Shown: positions 14,244-28,000 of the stretch, in pieces | Layout of the letters: every line of letters starts with the position of its first letter | How positions within the stretch are numbered: the stretch's first letter is position 1 | DNA from: Camelus dromedarius | Taxonomy: Eukaryota | Direction: 5' to 3' | Length of the DNA: 64,000 nucleotides | Assembly (NCBI RefSeq): GCF_036321535.1 | Contig: NC_087436.1 | Coordinates: forward strand, 83,516,001 to 83,580,000 | Translations under genes and position numbers: made by a program | The notes under the pieces: generated by a model | The model's input: the letters and a program-made list of their open reading frames with translations, nothing else | Told to the model about the DNA's origin: nothing | The model's database searches: none

Positions 14244-16001
14244 CTAAAAGGAAAATAAAATTTGAATTAATAGAATTTCTGTTAATACCATAGCATGTCA
14301 ATTTTACCACAACTCTGTTCTACCTGTCACAAATTTTGTTTCCATGCATCAGAGCTAATCTTACAATGGAGTGGGGTTAGTAAAGCACACTCTTACCTTG
14401 GAAGGTCAATTACTCCTTCAAGGGAGACCATCAAGAGAAGTTTCTTTGAAGATTAGCCTGAGGCCAAAGTAATTCATATCACACTTGCAAGGGGAAGCTT
14501 TTTACTATTTTATTCTACAAGCCCCATCCAAGTATTCATACATTACACATAAACCTTTAAAACGATCACATAATTATCTCAGTAAAGCTAATCACAGCTC
14601 ATTAACATGATGATGAAAGTAAGAGACAGCCAACTGTTTCAACAAGTGTTAACAACACACTGTTAAGTGTGAGCCACTTCAGGAATGATGCCCTAGCAGC
14701 GAAAAGCACAGCAGTAAACACTCGTGTTCTTTGTAGTTACGGGAAGTATTAATGAGGGTAGATAACATGAAAGGACATAAATGAAATTATAAACATAGTT
14801 TAAGTTCCTCAAACAACACAGAAGCAATAGGAAGCTTCACATAAAAGTATTTAACTAAGAAATGTAAAACATGTACTACAATAAAACATTTTTCCTTTCT
14901 TTAACATGTTTTTTCCTTCTGATAAAGGACCTCAAACAGTCTCTCCCTTTTAGTGTCTACTGGAGTGGACTTTGAACGTTTTTGACTATTTACTCACATA
15001 AAATTTGCTTTTAAGCAGCCACTTAGTCAATATATGACTAAGTATCCGTCTATGTTTTATTATGTGCATTATTAAACAGACAAAAGTAGAAATGTAAATT
15101 ATTAGATAAAATTAAGAAGAAGCTCTAGTAATTTCCTCTTGTGCGGGTGGGGTACACCACAAGCATCACTGATGAAAAGAGGAAAGTTTGCTTTAGTTGG
15201 TAATATTACCCTGGCAATCACCAAAAATCTTATTACAAGTGATAGTGTCACACACACATACATCTGTCCTGGAAGTAGGAAAGGTCTTAACAATTTAGTT
15301 GGAAGGAGGAAGATGAAATATGACACTTTCATTCTCTCATGATTTTGGTTACCAATTTCAATATCACTTAGCTACTCTCATGTTTATGTTGCCAAAGATT
15401 TTAAAGTTTGTAAGTGACTGTGCCATTCTTCCCAAGTGAAGGGTAAGTGATAGATCAACTTTATTACTGACTCTAATGTTGACGGGCTGAGGACAAAGCT
15501 TGGAGAGTTAGAGGCGATGACACCTGGGAAACGTCCAGGTGTCTTGGGAAGAAACCACCTGGGACGCAGCGCTCTTATGGGAGTGAGTACTGTAAGCCAA
15601 ACTGATACAGGAAGCTGATACATTTGACTTCAAAACAGCCCTTGAAAACACTAAACCAATCATAAAAATGTTAGAATTGGGTTTGCGCCCTAATCAGTGA
15701 TTCCGTGTCAAAAAGTATTAATTTTGACCAACACTATGCAAAAAGACTGCAACTAAAAACCATAATGATTATTGTTACAGGGAAATTGCCTCCATGTGTT
15801 ATAAAATGGGCACTGCATTACTTTTTTTTTTTCCCCCAAACTCTAACATGTAACAAATTATAATGCAAATTAACAAGGGTACTTTAGTGAACATTCAGTT
15901 AGCAATATGGTTGGTTTTCTTAGAATTCAGAAGCGCTTTGGGGAGATGATTTAAATGGTGCAGGGTTCTGAACACAACTGTTCATGTGCTTCAGCTAATA
16001 C

Positions 16002-16018
16002 TGTGTGTGTGTGTTTAT

Positions 16019-16057
<39 letters not shown>

Positions 16058-16060
16058 GGA

Positions 16061-16136
<76 letters not shown>

Positions 16137-16146
16137 GAGGGAGAGA
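16002..16146 (+). repeat. Compound (TG)n(GA)n microsatellite
   Basis: Direct reading; explains ORFs 15986..16252 and 15995..16183. Confidence 0.97.
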
Positions 16147-16214
16147 AAATTTCTTTGTAGCCAACAGAGGCAATCAAAATCAAGCTTTCTTTCCTTTACA
16201 CTTTCTCTCCCTCA

Positions 16215-16400
16215 CACATTTATTCATCAGCCAGGTACTATCAGGTGCTTGACATCATATCTCACGTAAATCCTCACCAAAACCCTCCCTGGTCCTTGCC
16301 CCTCACTTGAGAACAGCACACTCAGAGCAGGCACATAACTTCTCCAGGTCACACAGCTAGTGATGTGCAAATGACTGTATTCTGTGTCCACTTTTGTTGC
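16215..16400 (-). repeat. MIR remnant
   Basis: aaatcctcac...aacttctccaggtcacacagctagt. Confidence 0.6.
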
Positions 16401-19116
16401 TTACTGCCTTGCCTTCGATTTTAACTTATCAAAATTTGATGGGATGAATAACCCCCATTCCAGCAGCCCTTAACAAGCTCTTGTGGACTTTATAAGCTCC
16501 CTGGCATTCTTCTGAATATAACAACTCTACATCGACCTTAGTCAAAATCCACTCAATGCATTATGCCTGATAGCACGTATAAGATGATTAATTTATTAAA
16601 ATGTACTGGCAGCGTGTCAAGAATGTCTCTTGACAGAAACATGAGGTTTTAATCATGAGCAAATATTTTTCAGGCTGCATCTGCACAAAGTAAACTTGTC
16701 AATGAAAGACAAAATCAGATATTCTTGATTTGGATGTGTCCCTGAATTTTGAGCAGTTCTAAGTGTTCCAAGAAAGAAAATGTCGGCACTACAGTTTAAA
16801 CAAAATGAAACAGACCCAGTATTAGATTTACTTAGTCAGTAGCAGTCAATAGGGCATCAATCCATGTCCAGTGCCCAAGAACTACAGTAAAATTTGAAAA
16901 GAAAATGAGGATAATTAATTTTGATAGTTAATTACCTTATTTCTTTTTTCCCTTTCATAAAAGTACCCTTGCATAGGGTTTAGTAACGTAATCTTGACAA
17001 TGGTATAAATCCTGCAACAGCTAAAGAACTGACTTCAAATTAATTAAGTCAATTAATTCTAAAAATCAATTTTATGCACTGATTTTTAAACAGAATTTTC
17101 AGAAAAAATGGCCAAGGACAGTGAAAATAAACTTTTCCACAAAATGTACACATCAGAATGCAAAACACTTGAAAAGATCACCGTTTCTACACCTGTGCAA
17201 AATGAATACTGTATTACTATCACATGCCCCCACTTATTTATAGAGCTTATTTATGCCTGTTCCTAGTTTTATGTCAACCTCAGGTATGTCCAATGATATT
17301 AAATGAGTCATAATTTTTTGCCAAAGTTTGAAATAGAGAATTCAGATTCACTTTCAATTTTTAAAAATAAGCACATGTACTGGGAATGAAAAGGGGAGTG
17401 TGTGTCACGAAACGAAGCCAATGACAAACTGTAACAACTTGGAATTTGTTCAATTTCCTCCTTGGTTACTAGTATAAACCCATGTTTTAATTATTTCCTG
17501 TTTGCTGACTCTGAATAATTGCCAACCTTAAGCAGCCAATTAATCTGCTTTTTTTTTTTTTTTTTTTTCACAAAAAAAAATCAAGTACATGGAGTGATTT
17601 GGGCAATCACTTCATGTATGTCAGGCCATCGGGTGCTTAAGGTCTTCAGACACATGGTGTTATAGTCTCTCAAAACAGCTGCCTGTGGGAAGAACATTTA
17701 TCAAATAGACTCAGGTGACAGTCCAAATCTAAGGAGCTATAACTGAGAAGGGCAATAACAAAGACATGAGGGTTTGGGGGGGAGAGGTGCCATCTAACTT
17801 ATTTCTTTATGTGGCTCAACATTGGCAAATGCACAGAAATGAATGACCCCCCCAGGCTTACAGTCTCTTTATGAGCTGCACTCGTTCCTAAACTGAGGCC
17901 ACAGAAATTTAATTACAGAGCAAGCTAACTGGAATTGTGAACAGCATGGCATCTTCTCTGTCTAAGAAAAATCAAATACGGCTGGGAAAATTCCCAGAGT
18001 GAGGGATTCAGAATGGACCCTCAATTACTGGATCAAACCACCATTCCATTCAATGCCCTTTTGAACTGTCCTGATAAATGTTCCAATTAGTCCAACTTTC
18101 TAATTGGTTAATGTGGCTGGCTACCCTCAAAATTAACATAATCTGCATATTTAGCTACACACTTTAACTACATTTTCAAGTGATTTGAGCTAGAAGAAAC
18201 AGTTGGTAAGTATTCCCTGAGCACTGAAAAGTACAGAAAAATGGGTAAATGCTAAGGATTAGGTTTCATTTATAGATAAAACTAAAGAACCATCTACTGG
18301 GGCTTAAAAAAAAAAACCAAAGAGCAAAGGGGAGAGAGGAAGTGAGGGACACGTGAAAGGACAAAATTGTAAGTATTAAGTAAACACTGTCTCTGGAATT
18401 CAGGTTTCCCCCTCATGTTGCAACAGAATGTGCTAAGTGGAAGAATTTTCTTAGAGAATGATTAGGTGAGTGAAATTAGCATGTTTTCTTTCCTTCCTTC
18501 CTCTGCAAAACATAAGGTACCACACTTGAGCATTTTTGATTTATCCACAGTCTCAGGCATTGACATATACTACCCTCCATTTATAGCATTTCTGTGCATC
18601 CATCTGAGGTGTGATGTAGCAGCTGATGTTCTGCAGCTTGGATTTTTGGTTCGGCCCCACTCAGGAATATTGCAAAAAAACAATCACCCTCTTCCTTTTG
18701 GAAAACAAATGTAAACGTGTGCAGATCAGCTCATAGCTAAGTGCTTGGAGTGTAATTTTGGGGGGATATTTTTGTAGATGTATGTATAATTCTTTACTGT
18801 TAACCCAAGCAGCTTTGTTTATAGTCTTATTATTTGCATGTTGTAACTAAGAATGCAACACCTAGCCAGTAGAAATGAAAACAAATTACTGACATTTAGG
18901 AGCAAACAGATTTTCCTGACCAATGGGTAAATGCAAAGAGCTGAAGCTGTCAATGTTCGCAGGACAAGAAATTTTAGCCAACGTGAAGAGGTATTGTTTT
19001 GGAAGCAAAACAAACAAAACAAAAAGACTTGCAAAAATGTAGAACCCTTCTCCCCAGTAAGACAGGAAAATATTTCTACCATTTTCTTAATTGTTTAGTA
19101 GAAATCTGAAATATAT

Positions 19117-19650
19117 TGTTATGGGCTGAACTGTATCCCCTTGAAAAGATGTGTTGAAGCCCAACCTCTAGAAACTCAGAATGTGACCTTATTTGAAAAC
19201 ACAGTCCTGACTGAGGTGACCAAGTTAACATGACACCACTGGAGTGGGCCCTAATTCAGTATTACCGGCACCCTAATAAAAAGGGGAAACTGGGAGTGAG
19301 ATGTACACACAGGGGGAACACCACGTACAGACTGGAGTTGTGCTGCCCGAGCCAAGGAACCACTGGATGCGAGGAGAGAGACCTGGAACAACTCGTTCTC
19401 CAGTGTCCTTAGAGGGAGCACAGCCCCGCCAACAGGTTACTTTGGGACCTCTGGCCCCGAGAACGCTGAGACCATACGTCTCTGCACCATGAACCAATGT
19501 CCTTCAATCTTTTAGCAAATTGCAAAGCCAAGTCATTGAAGAGAGAAACTCCCAGTGCCTTTCATCAGTAACTAACACAGGATGTGGCTGGGGTCAGTGG
19601 GCTGCCCTGTTTGTGGTACTTTATTACAGCTGTGTTAGGAAACACATACA
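19117..19650 (+). mobile_element. MLT1 (ERVL-MaLR) solo LTR, MLT1A/B-like, interrupted by a ~116-bp insert
   Basis: Starts tgttatgggctgaactgtatcccc, includes cagaatgtgaccttatttgaaaa, ends tttgtggtactttattacagc...ggaaacacataca. Confidence 0.9.
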
Positions 19651-19858
19651 ATTACTAAAAAAAAATTTTTTTTCCAAATCCAGAATTAAGAACCAGCTTA
19701 ACAAGTATCTCCATCTCACAAAAAGGTTGTGCTCTGAAAGTTCATTTGTAGGGACGCTAAGACTAGAATCGACTTTCCATACTGACATGGGGTTTTTATT
19801 TCCAGGCCTGTACTAACCTCTCATTCAAATAAACTATTTTCAATAAGCAGTCCAGATA

Positions 19859-20069
19859 CAGTGTTCTGGGAAATTTCAGGTCACGATCCAGTTAGGAACA
19901 CATTTTATACCATGGTAGTATACAGACACGTAAGAGGGACAAAAATGTCATGAAAGTACTCTGACTTTGGATATTTTCTATTTTGTTACACTTCACTTAC
20001 ATAAAATTAAATGAAATACTGGTCACAACCTGCTAAATTGGTTTTATGACCCACAGGTGAAAAACGCTG
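19859..20069. mobile_element. hAT-Charlie-type MITE (family uncertain)
   Basis: Termini cagtgttct... / ...gacccacaggtgaaaaacgctg resemble Charlie-type TIRs. Confidence 0.5.
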
Positions 20070-20904
20070 TGCTAAAAACACATCTCCCTTGCTTGATGTG
20101 TAATCAATACCCAATGAATGCTGCTGAGTTAAGATCTATGTTCTCATAGAACAGAGAGAAACCACTCTTTCCCTCTTTACCTCACTCTGGGAATCAGCTC
20201 TGGGCCAAAGTAGTACAGAGAAAATCAGAGAGGAAGCGGGTCCAGATATGCCCAGCAGTGGGCATGAGAAATGTCGTTCTAGAAGCTCGTGGGAGCTGAC
20301 AGAGAATCTCCAGGTCTCTGTAAAACATCCTTGACCTGCTTGTCCCACAGGATGGTGTCAAGGAGGAAACTCAGGGACACATGGTCTCTTCTGATTCCTC
20401 TGTACTTTATGACCGTGGCATTGTTTGTAACCTACATTCTGTCTTTTTCATTCAAAGAACTTTTATACTTGGAGGGAACTCGGAAGCATCTCATTCTATT
20501 TCAATCTCTCTACCCAGCTAGTTCCAGCTGATGAACACCTTTCTGTCTCTGGGAGATTAGAGGGGGAGAGGGTACTTGCTTGTCAGGGAAGAGGAGTAAA
20601 GGTTTTAAGCAGGGAGGGGTGGGGTTGCTTTAGCATCTGTCTCTCTTGCATCTCTCCCTACAGTGAGAGGGTCAAAAGTGAACCAGGACTGCCTGTGGAC
20701 TGGTCGACACAGCTTAGAGTCTCATGCTGCACATTACAGGGGATTCTGGCTGGGGATGTGCTTAGAAGTCACAGGACAGAATTCTTATTCCTGTTGTAAT
20801 ACTAAAGTTGCATTAACAAGCCAACTGCTCTCAAAGTTTATCCCTTACTCCGACATGGGATCAATTACCGAGTTGCACTGATTCTATCTCAGAAAGATAC
20901 AAGT

Positions 20905-21466
20905 TTTCTGAATCTCATCCTTCCTTTCCATTTCTACTGTCTTCGTCTTTCATAGGGGCAATACTCTCTGTTTCCCTGCCACCCAGACCAGTTTATCCTT
21001 GATTCTCCCACAAGATTTGTCCTCCTAACCTAACAGCCTCTCCAGCTTCCCCTTTTGTCTTTGGGGTAAAATCCAGATGTCTAAACCTGGCACACATGAG
21101 TCCTCCTGATCTCAGGGCAGCATGTCTCCGTCAACCTCTCACTGCACTTTCATAACTCTGTTTGTACATGCTGTTCCCTCTCTCTCTCTTAAATATTTCC
21201 TCCATCTCTCTCCGCCTGGTAAATACTTCATCTCTCAGCTCAAATGTCATCTAATCTGGGAAGCCATCTCTATCACCCTGGAGAGGGAGCTCCAGACTCC
21301 GAGAAGCTCTGTTCACAGCCATGAGCCAGCGCTCAGCACAAGACACTAAAATTCCTGAGTCCAGACGCTGGCTCAGCCTCCTGGATCTGTCTTTATCTTT
21401 GTCCCACCAGCAGTGAGCAAGGTTCCTAGAATAGTCTGGGTGCTCAGTGAGTGGCTGTTGAATAAA
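20905..21466 (+). mobile_element. L2 3' end fragment
   Basis: tttgtacatgctgttccctc, ctcagctcaaatgtcat, tgctcagtgagt...gttgaataaa. Confidence 0.65.
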
Positions 21467-22522
21467 ATCAGCAACATCAAGGCCATGCTGAGTGCTAACA
21501 CTACCATTTGATTAAATATTTTGAGAATTTAAATTGTTTATAATTGGCAAAATTAATTTTGCCAGCTAAGAAGGTCTCTCAGATATCTGTATGCTGATTA
21601 TTTTCATTTATCTCATTCCCTTCCATTCAAAACTTCATGGAATTGCAACTGTGCCATGGGTTTTCCCCCACCCTTCCTTAGAAAATTTATTTTCTCCAGC
21701 GGCACAGGCAGAGGCAGGAGTTCCGCCACTGCACCAGTAATGTAAACACTGTACTTTCTGCGGTGTACAGTGAACCCAGGAGAGGATATGCCCAGGCAAG
21801 GCAGTGTTTGAACATGGCCCTGCCACACACTGGATCTGTTTGTTCTAGCTTGAGAGCAGGAAAAGAAAATTATTTCACTTCATTGCAAACCCAAAGGTTT
21901 GTGTGGGGCTTAAAGAAATGTTTGGTTTAGTCACAAAACTATTTTCAAGGCAGCCGGAAGCTTTCATTTGTCTTTGAGGTTCTTGTTCAGAAAAGTGATG
22001 TTTATCATTATTATAGACATGGAAAGACTGCCTTAGGGAGGCAGTAATTCAGAATGTAAAATACAGTAACTTTCTTTTGGGGGGTGTTGGTATCAGTGGA
22101 TAAGAGAATATTTTTAGAACATTAATAAGTAAGTTAACATGTTTTCTAATCTTTAGTTACTGCAACAAGATCAAAAGAATATGGGAATACCCGCAGAAGG
22201 GAAGAAGGAAACAGTAAACTATTTCTACTAACTTCTTTCAATAATTACTTTTATTATAACATTCTTCAGGGCTTGTTAAAATAGATATATAATTTCCCAA
22301 ATTGTTAACTAATTCTGAATGTGGATTTCCTGAGGTATACAAAACTGCAGGAAGCCATGCAAATTATCTCATTTTCTTCCCGCTAGCAAGCCCTCCCTCT
22401 GACAGAGGACTCTGCACAGAAAGATGAGTCAAGGATCTGTTCCTACACTGTCATGATTTTCCTTTACCACATTTGTCCCCACTATTTCCCACTAACATAG
22501 CTTTTTTATCCAAGAAATAAAG

Positions 22523-22617
22523 ACCTCCCAAAGGTCCCACCTCCAAATACCACCACACTGGGGATTAGAGACTCAACAACTGAATTTGTAGGGGAGACAG
22601 ACATTCAGCCCACAGAA
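22523..22617 (-). mobile_element. MLT1/MST LTR terminal fragment
   Basis: acctcccaaaggtcccacctccaaataccaccacactggggattag...tgaatttg...acagacattcag. Confidence 0.7.
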
Positions 22618-22619
22618 AG

Positions 22620-22790
22620 GCATGACAGCTACAGAATGCAGGGCTTCTTTTGGGGTTATGAAAATACTCTAAAACTGATGGCAGTGTTGGTTGCATAACC
22701 TTGTGTATATACTAAAAGTCACTGAATTGTATACGCTAAGTAGGTGAACTGCATGGTATGTGAGTTACATCTCAGTACGGCTATTACCAA
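22620..22790 (+). mobile_element. L1MB-type 3' end fragment
   Basis: cttttggggttatgaaaatactctaaaactgatg...ggttgcataaccttgtg...cactgaattgtatac. Confidence 0.75.
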
Positions 22791-23199
22791 AGAAGTCATT
22801 TCTGGCTTTTCTTAAGGGAAGAATACATAGAGCTTTGAAGAGGTTTTATATAGTATAAACCAATTCTTTGGCAGTTCATTCTGATAATCACACAGATATA
22901 TAAGTATCATAGGAAAAAACAGGGTAAAAAGTTTTGAGAGTTTCAAGAAATTTGATTCTATGGTGTTTTCAGTGGCATTTCCCACAAATCATGCTTTAGG
23001 TCACTTTCTAAAATTCATCCAATGAAATTCAATGCAGTGATAGAGCCTTATCTTAACTGTGTTAAGCACTCCTACTTCTAGGAATTGAAAGATATTGCAA
23101 GTGTAAGAATAAACAAAAGAAAAGCAAACTGCTATTACTCATGACATTTGAGTAGTTTCATCATTTACAAAAAACTACCATGTTCTTTTAACTATAAAA

Positions 23200-23420
23200 T
23201 TCCCCCTGTAAGTAAGTATGCTGGGTATTATCATCCCATTTTATAGATAAGGAAAACGACCTGCCCAAATTCACACAGCTACTTGGCTGTCAGTGTCTGG
23301 ATATGCTTTTTTTTTTTTTTTAAATTGAAGTATAGTCAGTTTACAATGTTGTGTTAATTTTTGGTGTACAGCATAGTGATTTGGATGTTTTTTCATGGCA
23401 AGTTTACTATCTTTCCATTG
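23200..23420 (-). repeat. MIR interrupted by a ~75-bp young L1 3' tail (23307-23381)
   Basis: tattatcatcccattttatagataaggaaa...ctgcccaaattcacacagct, then poly-T + aattgaagtatagtcagtttacaatgttgtg. Confidence 0.7.
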
Positions 23421-25607
23421 CTTTCCCCACTGTTTTGTGTTGACTCCCTAACATCTCTACTATTTTCAATGGTTTAGAGAGGGTGATATCTGTAAAATTT
23501 AAGAATATCCTCACCTTAGTGCATACCAGCTTCTTTACTGAAATAATCAGCACACTTTTAAGCTCCAGAGGCACTGCAATCATCACGTGAGACAGGAGCC
23601 CACCGAGATCTTATTTGTTCTCACCAAACATAGACCATATTGATGATGAAGTCAGCCACTCAAACCTAGAAGGGTTAACCCAGACTTGAAGTGAGGCAGC
23701 TGTTAACTCAGTCAGGCTGTTTGCGGAGGGGGAGAGTGGGGAGCACAGGGAGTACCTTCAAAGTGCCAACAGGTTTGGAATAATTTGGGTTCACAGATAA
23801 ATGAGCTGAAGGTGTCACCACCACAAGCAGTAGAGGGCTCTCTAACACCACACAGACGATCCACAAGCAGAGCCATCATTACCTGGGTTGTTCCCTGCTT
23901 GACTCCCGTCTCATCCCCATGTTTCCAATGACTACTTGTTTGCAAAAGGATATTCTAAAGACCAATAATTAGGAAGACTAGATGAATTCTGCTGGTAAGA
24001 AGTTTCAGTGAAATTTTCCCAGGCTGGATCGCTAATACATGTTAATTAACCCTGTGCCATAAATCTTCCCAAAGAGCCATTACAATTTGGAATTATGATG
24101 TGTTTCACCATCATAATGTGCTAGATGAAGTAATGAAAAAGAGAGTTACAGACATCATTAATCTCATTTTCCCACTTTGATAAAACCAAGAGAAAAAATG
24201 ACGCTAAACATGTGGAAAGCAGATGCCAACGCACTAAAACCAGAGGAATCTAGAATAATCTTGAGTGCTCTTAACTTCATCTTCCATTATTAGCCCTTGT
24301 GGATATAAAATGAGTTAGTGACTATTTGAAAGCTAATCAAGCAAATCAAAATACTACTGTAAAGTTGAAAGTTCTGTCATAGACATATGAGTGAGTTAAG
24401 ATTTTATTTTTCAGCCTATTGAAGTCTTTCTCTACATAAAATAGAGATCCTTACCCACGGATCCATAATATCTAAGGAAAAATAATCCAATGGGCTATAA
24501 ATCATGCAAAGAAACTAAAGAATAAGTAAAGCCTGGAATCTGATAAAAACATACTATCTCTCTAGTGACATAAGGTAAATTTAGAACCCGAGAAAAGAAA
24601 ACTTTAATTTCAGTTCTTAATATAGTTTCTCTACTTATTTGTGACATTATTTTCTCTGGGGGAACTTTTCCAGTTGGCAAGAATACCCATACAATGCCAC
24701 AGAATGTGCTGAGTTTTATCATTAAACATAAAAATCACATGTAAATATTTTGGTATTTTTAAAAATAATTGGGCTAATTTAACCATCCCAATAGATATAA
24801 TCATTAATTTGAGCCATTTGAAGTGAACTTTAAGAACTGAATTCTTCATTCTACAGAGGGTCACATTTTAAACATTCAGCCCCTGTAGTTTTTTCCTAAA
24901 GATCATGGGTTTCTATATAGTCACTTCCATTCTGGAAAGTCTGCTAATTACATTAAGTAATAAACAGATAGCAAAATGCATTAAAGGGAACCAAAGTGTT
25001 TCATTTCATTCTTAGCCTTCAACCTCATCTGTTATTCTCATCTTAGTTACAGATTAGCAGTAAGAAATTTATCTTCTACCTACTTTCACATTATGCTAAG
25101 AAAGGCTAAAAAGTCACAATTGGAAATTATAAACTAAGTAGGCGTTGGGGTACAAACGTGCCCTCTAATAAGATCAGATGCGTAAATGAGGTTAAATAAA
25201 ACATAGGGTAACGTTATCCATGCAGGCATCTCTATTATTATGCTAATTATACTGTCCATCACTGCATTCACCACATGTATTGTAATTGTCTGGTAATGTG
25301 TCTGCATCCTCACTAGCATGTGACCTCTGTGAAGCAGTTTGCGTCTTCATTCCCTTAATATCACTGGTAGTACAGAGTGGTGTTCAGTCAGAAAGAAAAC
25401 ATATTAAAAAAACATTGTTAGTATACTTTGTTTTAATAGGTAACACTGACCATCTAGTAAATGAAAGCGTCAGTTAAGAAAAAAGCACCTAGGATCCTGA
25501 TATTAAGCATGTTATTTGGGGTTGCTGAGCAGTAGAGTGGTAGAATCTTACATGTCCCTGCTGTCAAGGGCTTTATGCAAGCGATAATCATTAACCATAG
25601 TTTAGAT

Positions 25608-25800
25608 CAGTGTTTCTCTGAGTGTGTGCCCCATTTGTACCAGATTTGCTTTCCGGAAGCTTGTTAAAATGTTGACACTTTCCCTGTCACACCCAGATTC
25701 AGATTCAATAAGTCCAGGGAAGGAGGGCAGCAGGAAGGAGCTGATTTTAAAAATAAGTCCCCAGGTAATTCTCATGCTCCTGAAGTATGAGAAGTACTGG
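25608..25800. mobile_element. MER5A-like hAT-Charlie MITE
   Basis: cagtgtttctc...gcttgttaaaatg...cccagattcagattcaataagtc...ccccaggtaattctcatgc...tgagaagtactg. Confidence 0.75.
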
Positions 25801-27119
25801 CCTCTCTGCTCAATACAGATGGTGAGCATGAGTTTCTTTAACTGGTATTCAAAGCTATCATTTCACTCACCCACCTTTAATTCAGTTTCTAGCCCTTTAG
25901 TGCTGTTAAACAGAATGGAGCAAAGCCCTCATCCCATCAGCTGGCACGCAGACCACAGGGCTCTGCAACTTTCCTGCTCCGGGCAGGATAACAGTGGGGG
26001 CAGTTGGTCACGGTCATCTTTACCAGAGTCACAGAAATCCTCAGCTAAAGATACTGAACTGGGACTGGAAGAGCAATCTTATAGAGAAACAAGAAAGTTT
26101 TCTGCATAGGCACTTAAATTCACAAGAGATACTTAACGAAGAGAACCACACAAACCTAGCCCTTGCCTTCCAGAGGTTTATAATCAAAGGCAGGCACAGG
26201 CCAGAAGTGAAGACTGCAGGGTCATCAATCAAATTACACTCTCAGGGATGGGGAAACACTGAAGGCACCCATCAGCATTCTTGAATACACAAATTATTCC
26301 TCTTACATAGGCTTATTGATAAGGACTCACAATGCAGAATAATTCTGGAGGAAATTATACTGATTCTATTTTGCTTTCATCAGTTTAACTCTGTAAACAA
26401 TATTTTAGCAGTATAAAAATCTATTTTCTACTTAACAGTTATTATATCACTGAGTAGTTTATTACAGAGTGCAGTAACAGCTTACATGCTTATCTAGAAA
26501 GGACTTGCTTGAGACACTTAAGAACTGATACCAGAAAAAAATAAGTCCCCAACTTTAAAGCTGGAAACCAACTCAAGATTCCAAAAAAGGTACACCAGTG
26601 TTTAGTCTCTTGCAAGTTTCAAGCACATGGACCTTGCCACTGAATTAATACAGAAAGATTTCAGATCTATCCATAAATCACTTTCTGTTCCCTTGGGTTA
26701 TTAATTTTAGAGAAGGAATTCTAGGGACAGCCCCTCAAGTTCCCATTACAGTGCACTTGTCATTACAGTGAAGGAAGAACAACCACACTGTTTCATCTCA
26801 CAGTGTACATCTGCAGGAACCATTTTGCAAACAAACATTAAACTTTCATTTACCTTATTTTCATTGTTAAAACCTCAAAATTCAGTAAAAGACTGGTGGC
26901 ATGGTTTTTAAAAACGAAACTCATTTTTGTCTAGGTTTTTCCAATCTTACAGGTAAACCATATTTACTATTTGGCTTTTAAAATCACTTTCACTAGTAAA
27001 GCCCTCTAGAGTTTTCTTCAAGGAAGCAGGTACATGGAATCAAATGCCACTGCATGTAAGGCAGTTGCAGTTGAAAGAGGATAATATGACTGGCAAAAGT
27101 AAATTTAAAAATAATCAAA

Positions 27120-27222
27120 CATGACCATGGGCAACTCTGACTTCCTCCAAGCCTCAGCTTTCCTGTTGTGAAATGAGAGGACTGGACTCCGTCACCACCG
27201 AGGCGACTTCCAGCTTCAAAAG
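27120..27222 (+). repeat. MIR core fragment
   Basis: tgaccatgggcaactctgacttcctccaagcctcagctttcctgttgtgaaatgag. Confidence 0.65.
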
Positions 27223-27971
27223 TCCAGGACACTTTATTCACTTATTAGTTCACCAGCAGTGCTCTTTTTAAGCCCTTTGCTTAAATTCACCTCTTTCTGC
27301 TTTGGTATAACTCCTCCACCCCACCCTCTGCAGTCTACGTTACAATCATTAAGGAGCAAGACAGAGCCTTGTGCTCCACCATTCTTACATAGTAATTTTC
27401 TTTAAAGATGTCATTTGTGTAATAACTCTATCAAGAATTATTTACGGGGAAATAATGCCCTTAATGTTTATGCCCACATATTAATAAAGTACTTATTGAT
27501 GGAAAATCCTTGCCTAGATCTGAACTCCAGCAGAGAGGAGTCCTGAGATGGCATTTTTAAAAAGGTCCTCAGCCTACTGACATCCTTCAAAGTGACCTTA
27601 GCGCTTACCACAGCTTCACAACATCGCTAAGAAGCTGACTCAGTTTTATTTTAAATCTGCTCAATATATTCTTCAGTTTCTGTTTTTCTTCAGATGTCAA
27701 AGCTACTTTCTTACATGTATTTTCATTCAAGGAAGGAAATAACTGAACAGACTCACCAAGTGAAAAAGATAAAAGTTGGGCATAAATGTCAGGAAAAGCA
27801 GCAAAAGAATACATATTTCTGGTCTCAGGGAAGAACAGTTATGTCCAATGGACTCTACACAGTTTGCAGCACATTACTGACAGATGCCAAGCAGCGGCAA
27901 AGTGATACGGTTTTATACCACTCAGAAAATAAAGGAAAGGACAAAACAAAACAAATGGGAAAGAATACTAC

Positions 27972-28000
27972 CTTTGCAGAGGCATGATCTCACAAGCCAT
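27972..28000 (-). CDS. FAM13A: FAM13A short-isoform first coding segment (MACEIMPLQ+S)
   Basis: ATG GCT TGT GAG ATC ATG CCT CTG CAA AG|GTagta. Good Kozak context (aggATGg). MACEIMPLQS is the recalled N-terminus of the short human FAM13A isoform. Phase 2 donor is compatible with the exon at 14243. Confidence 0.95.

Noticed and set aside
15986..16252. VC/ER-repeat ORFs (also 33550-33774 and 43649-43897)
   Set aside because: Translations of microsatellites
25624..26109. 161-aa + strand ORF
   Set aside because: Starts inside a MER5 element; no coding signature
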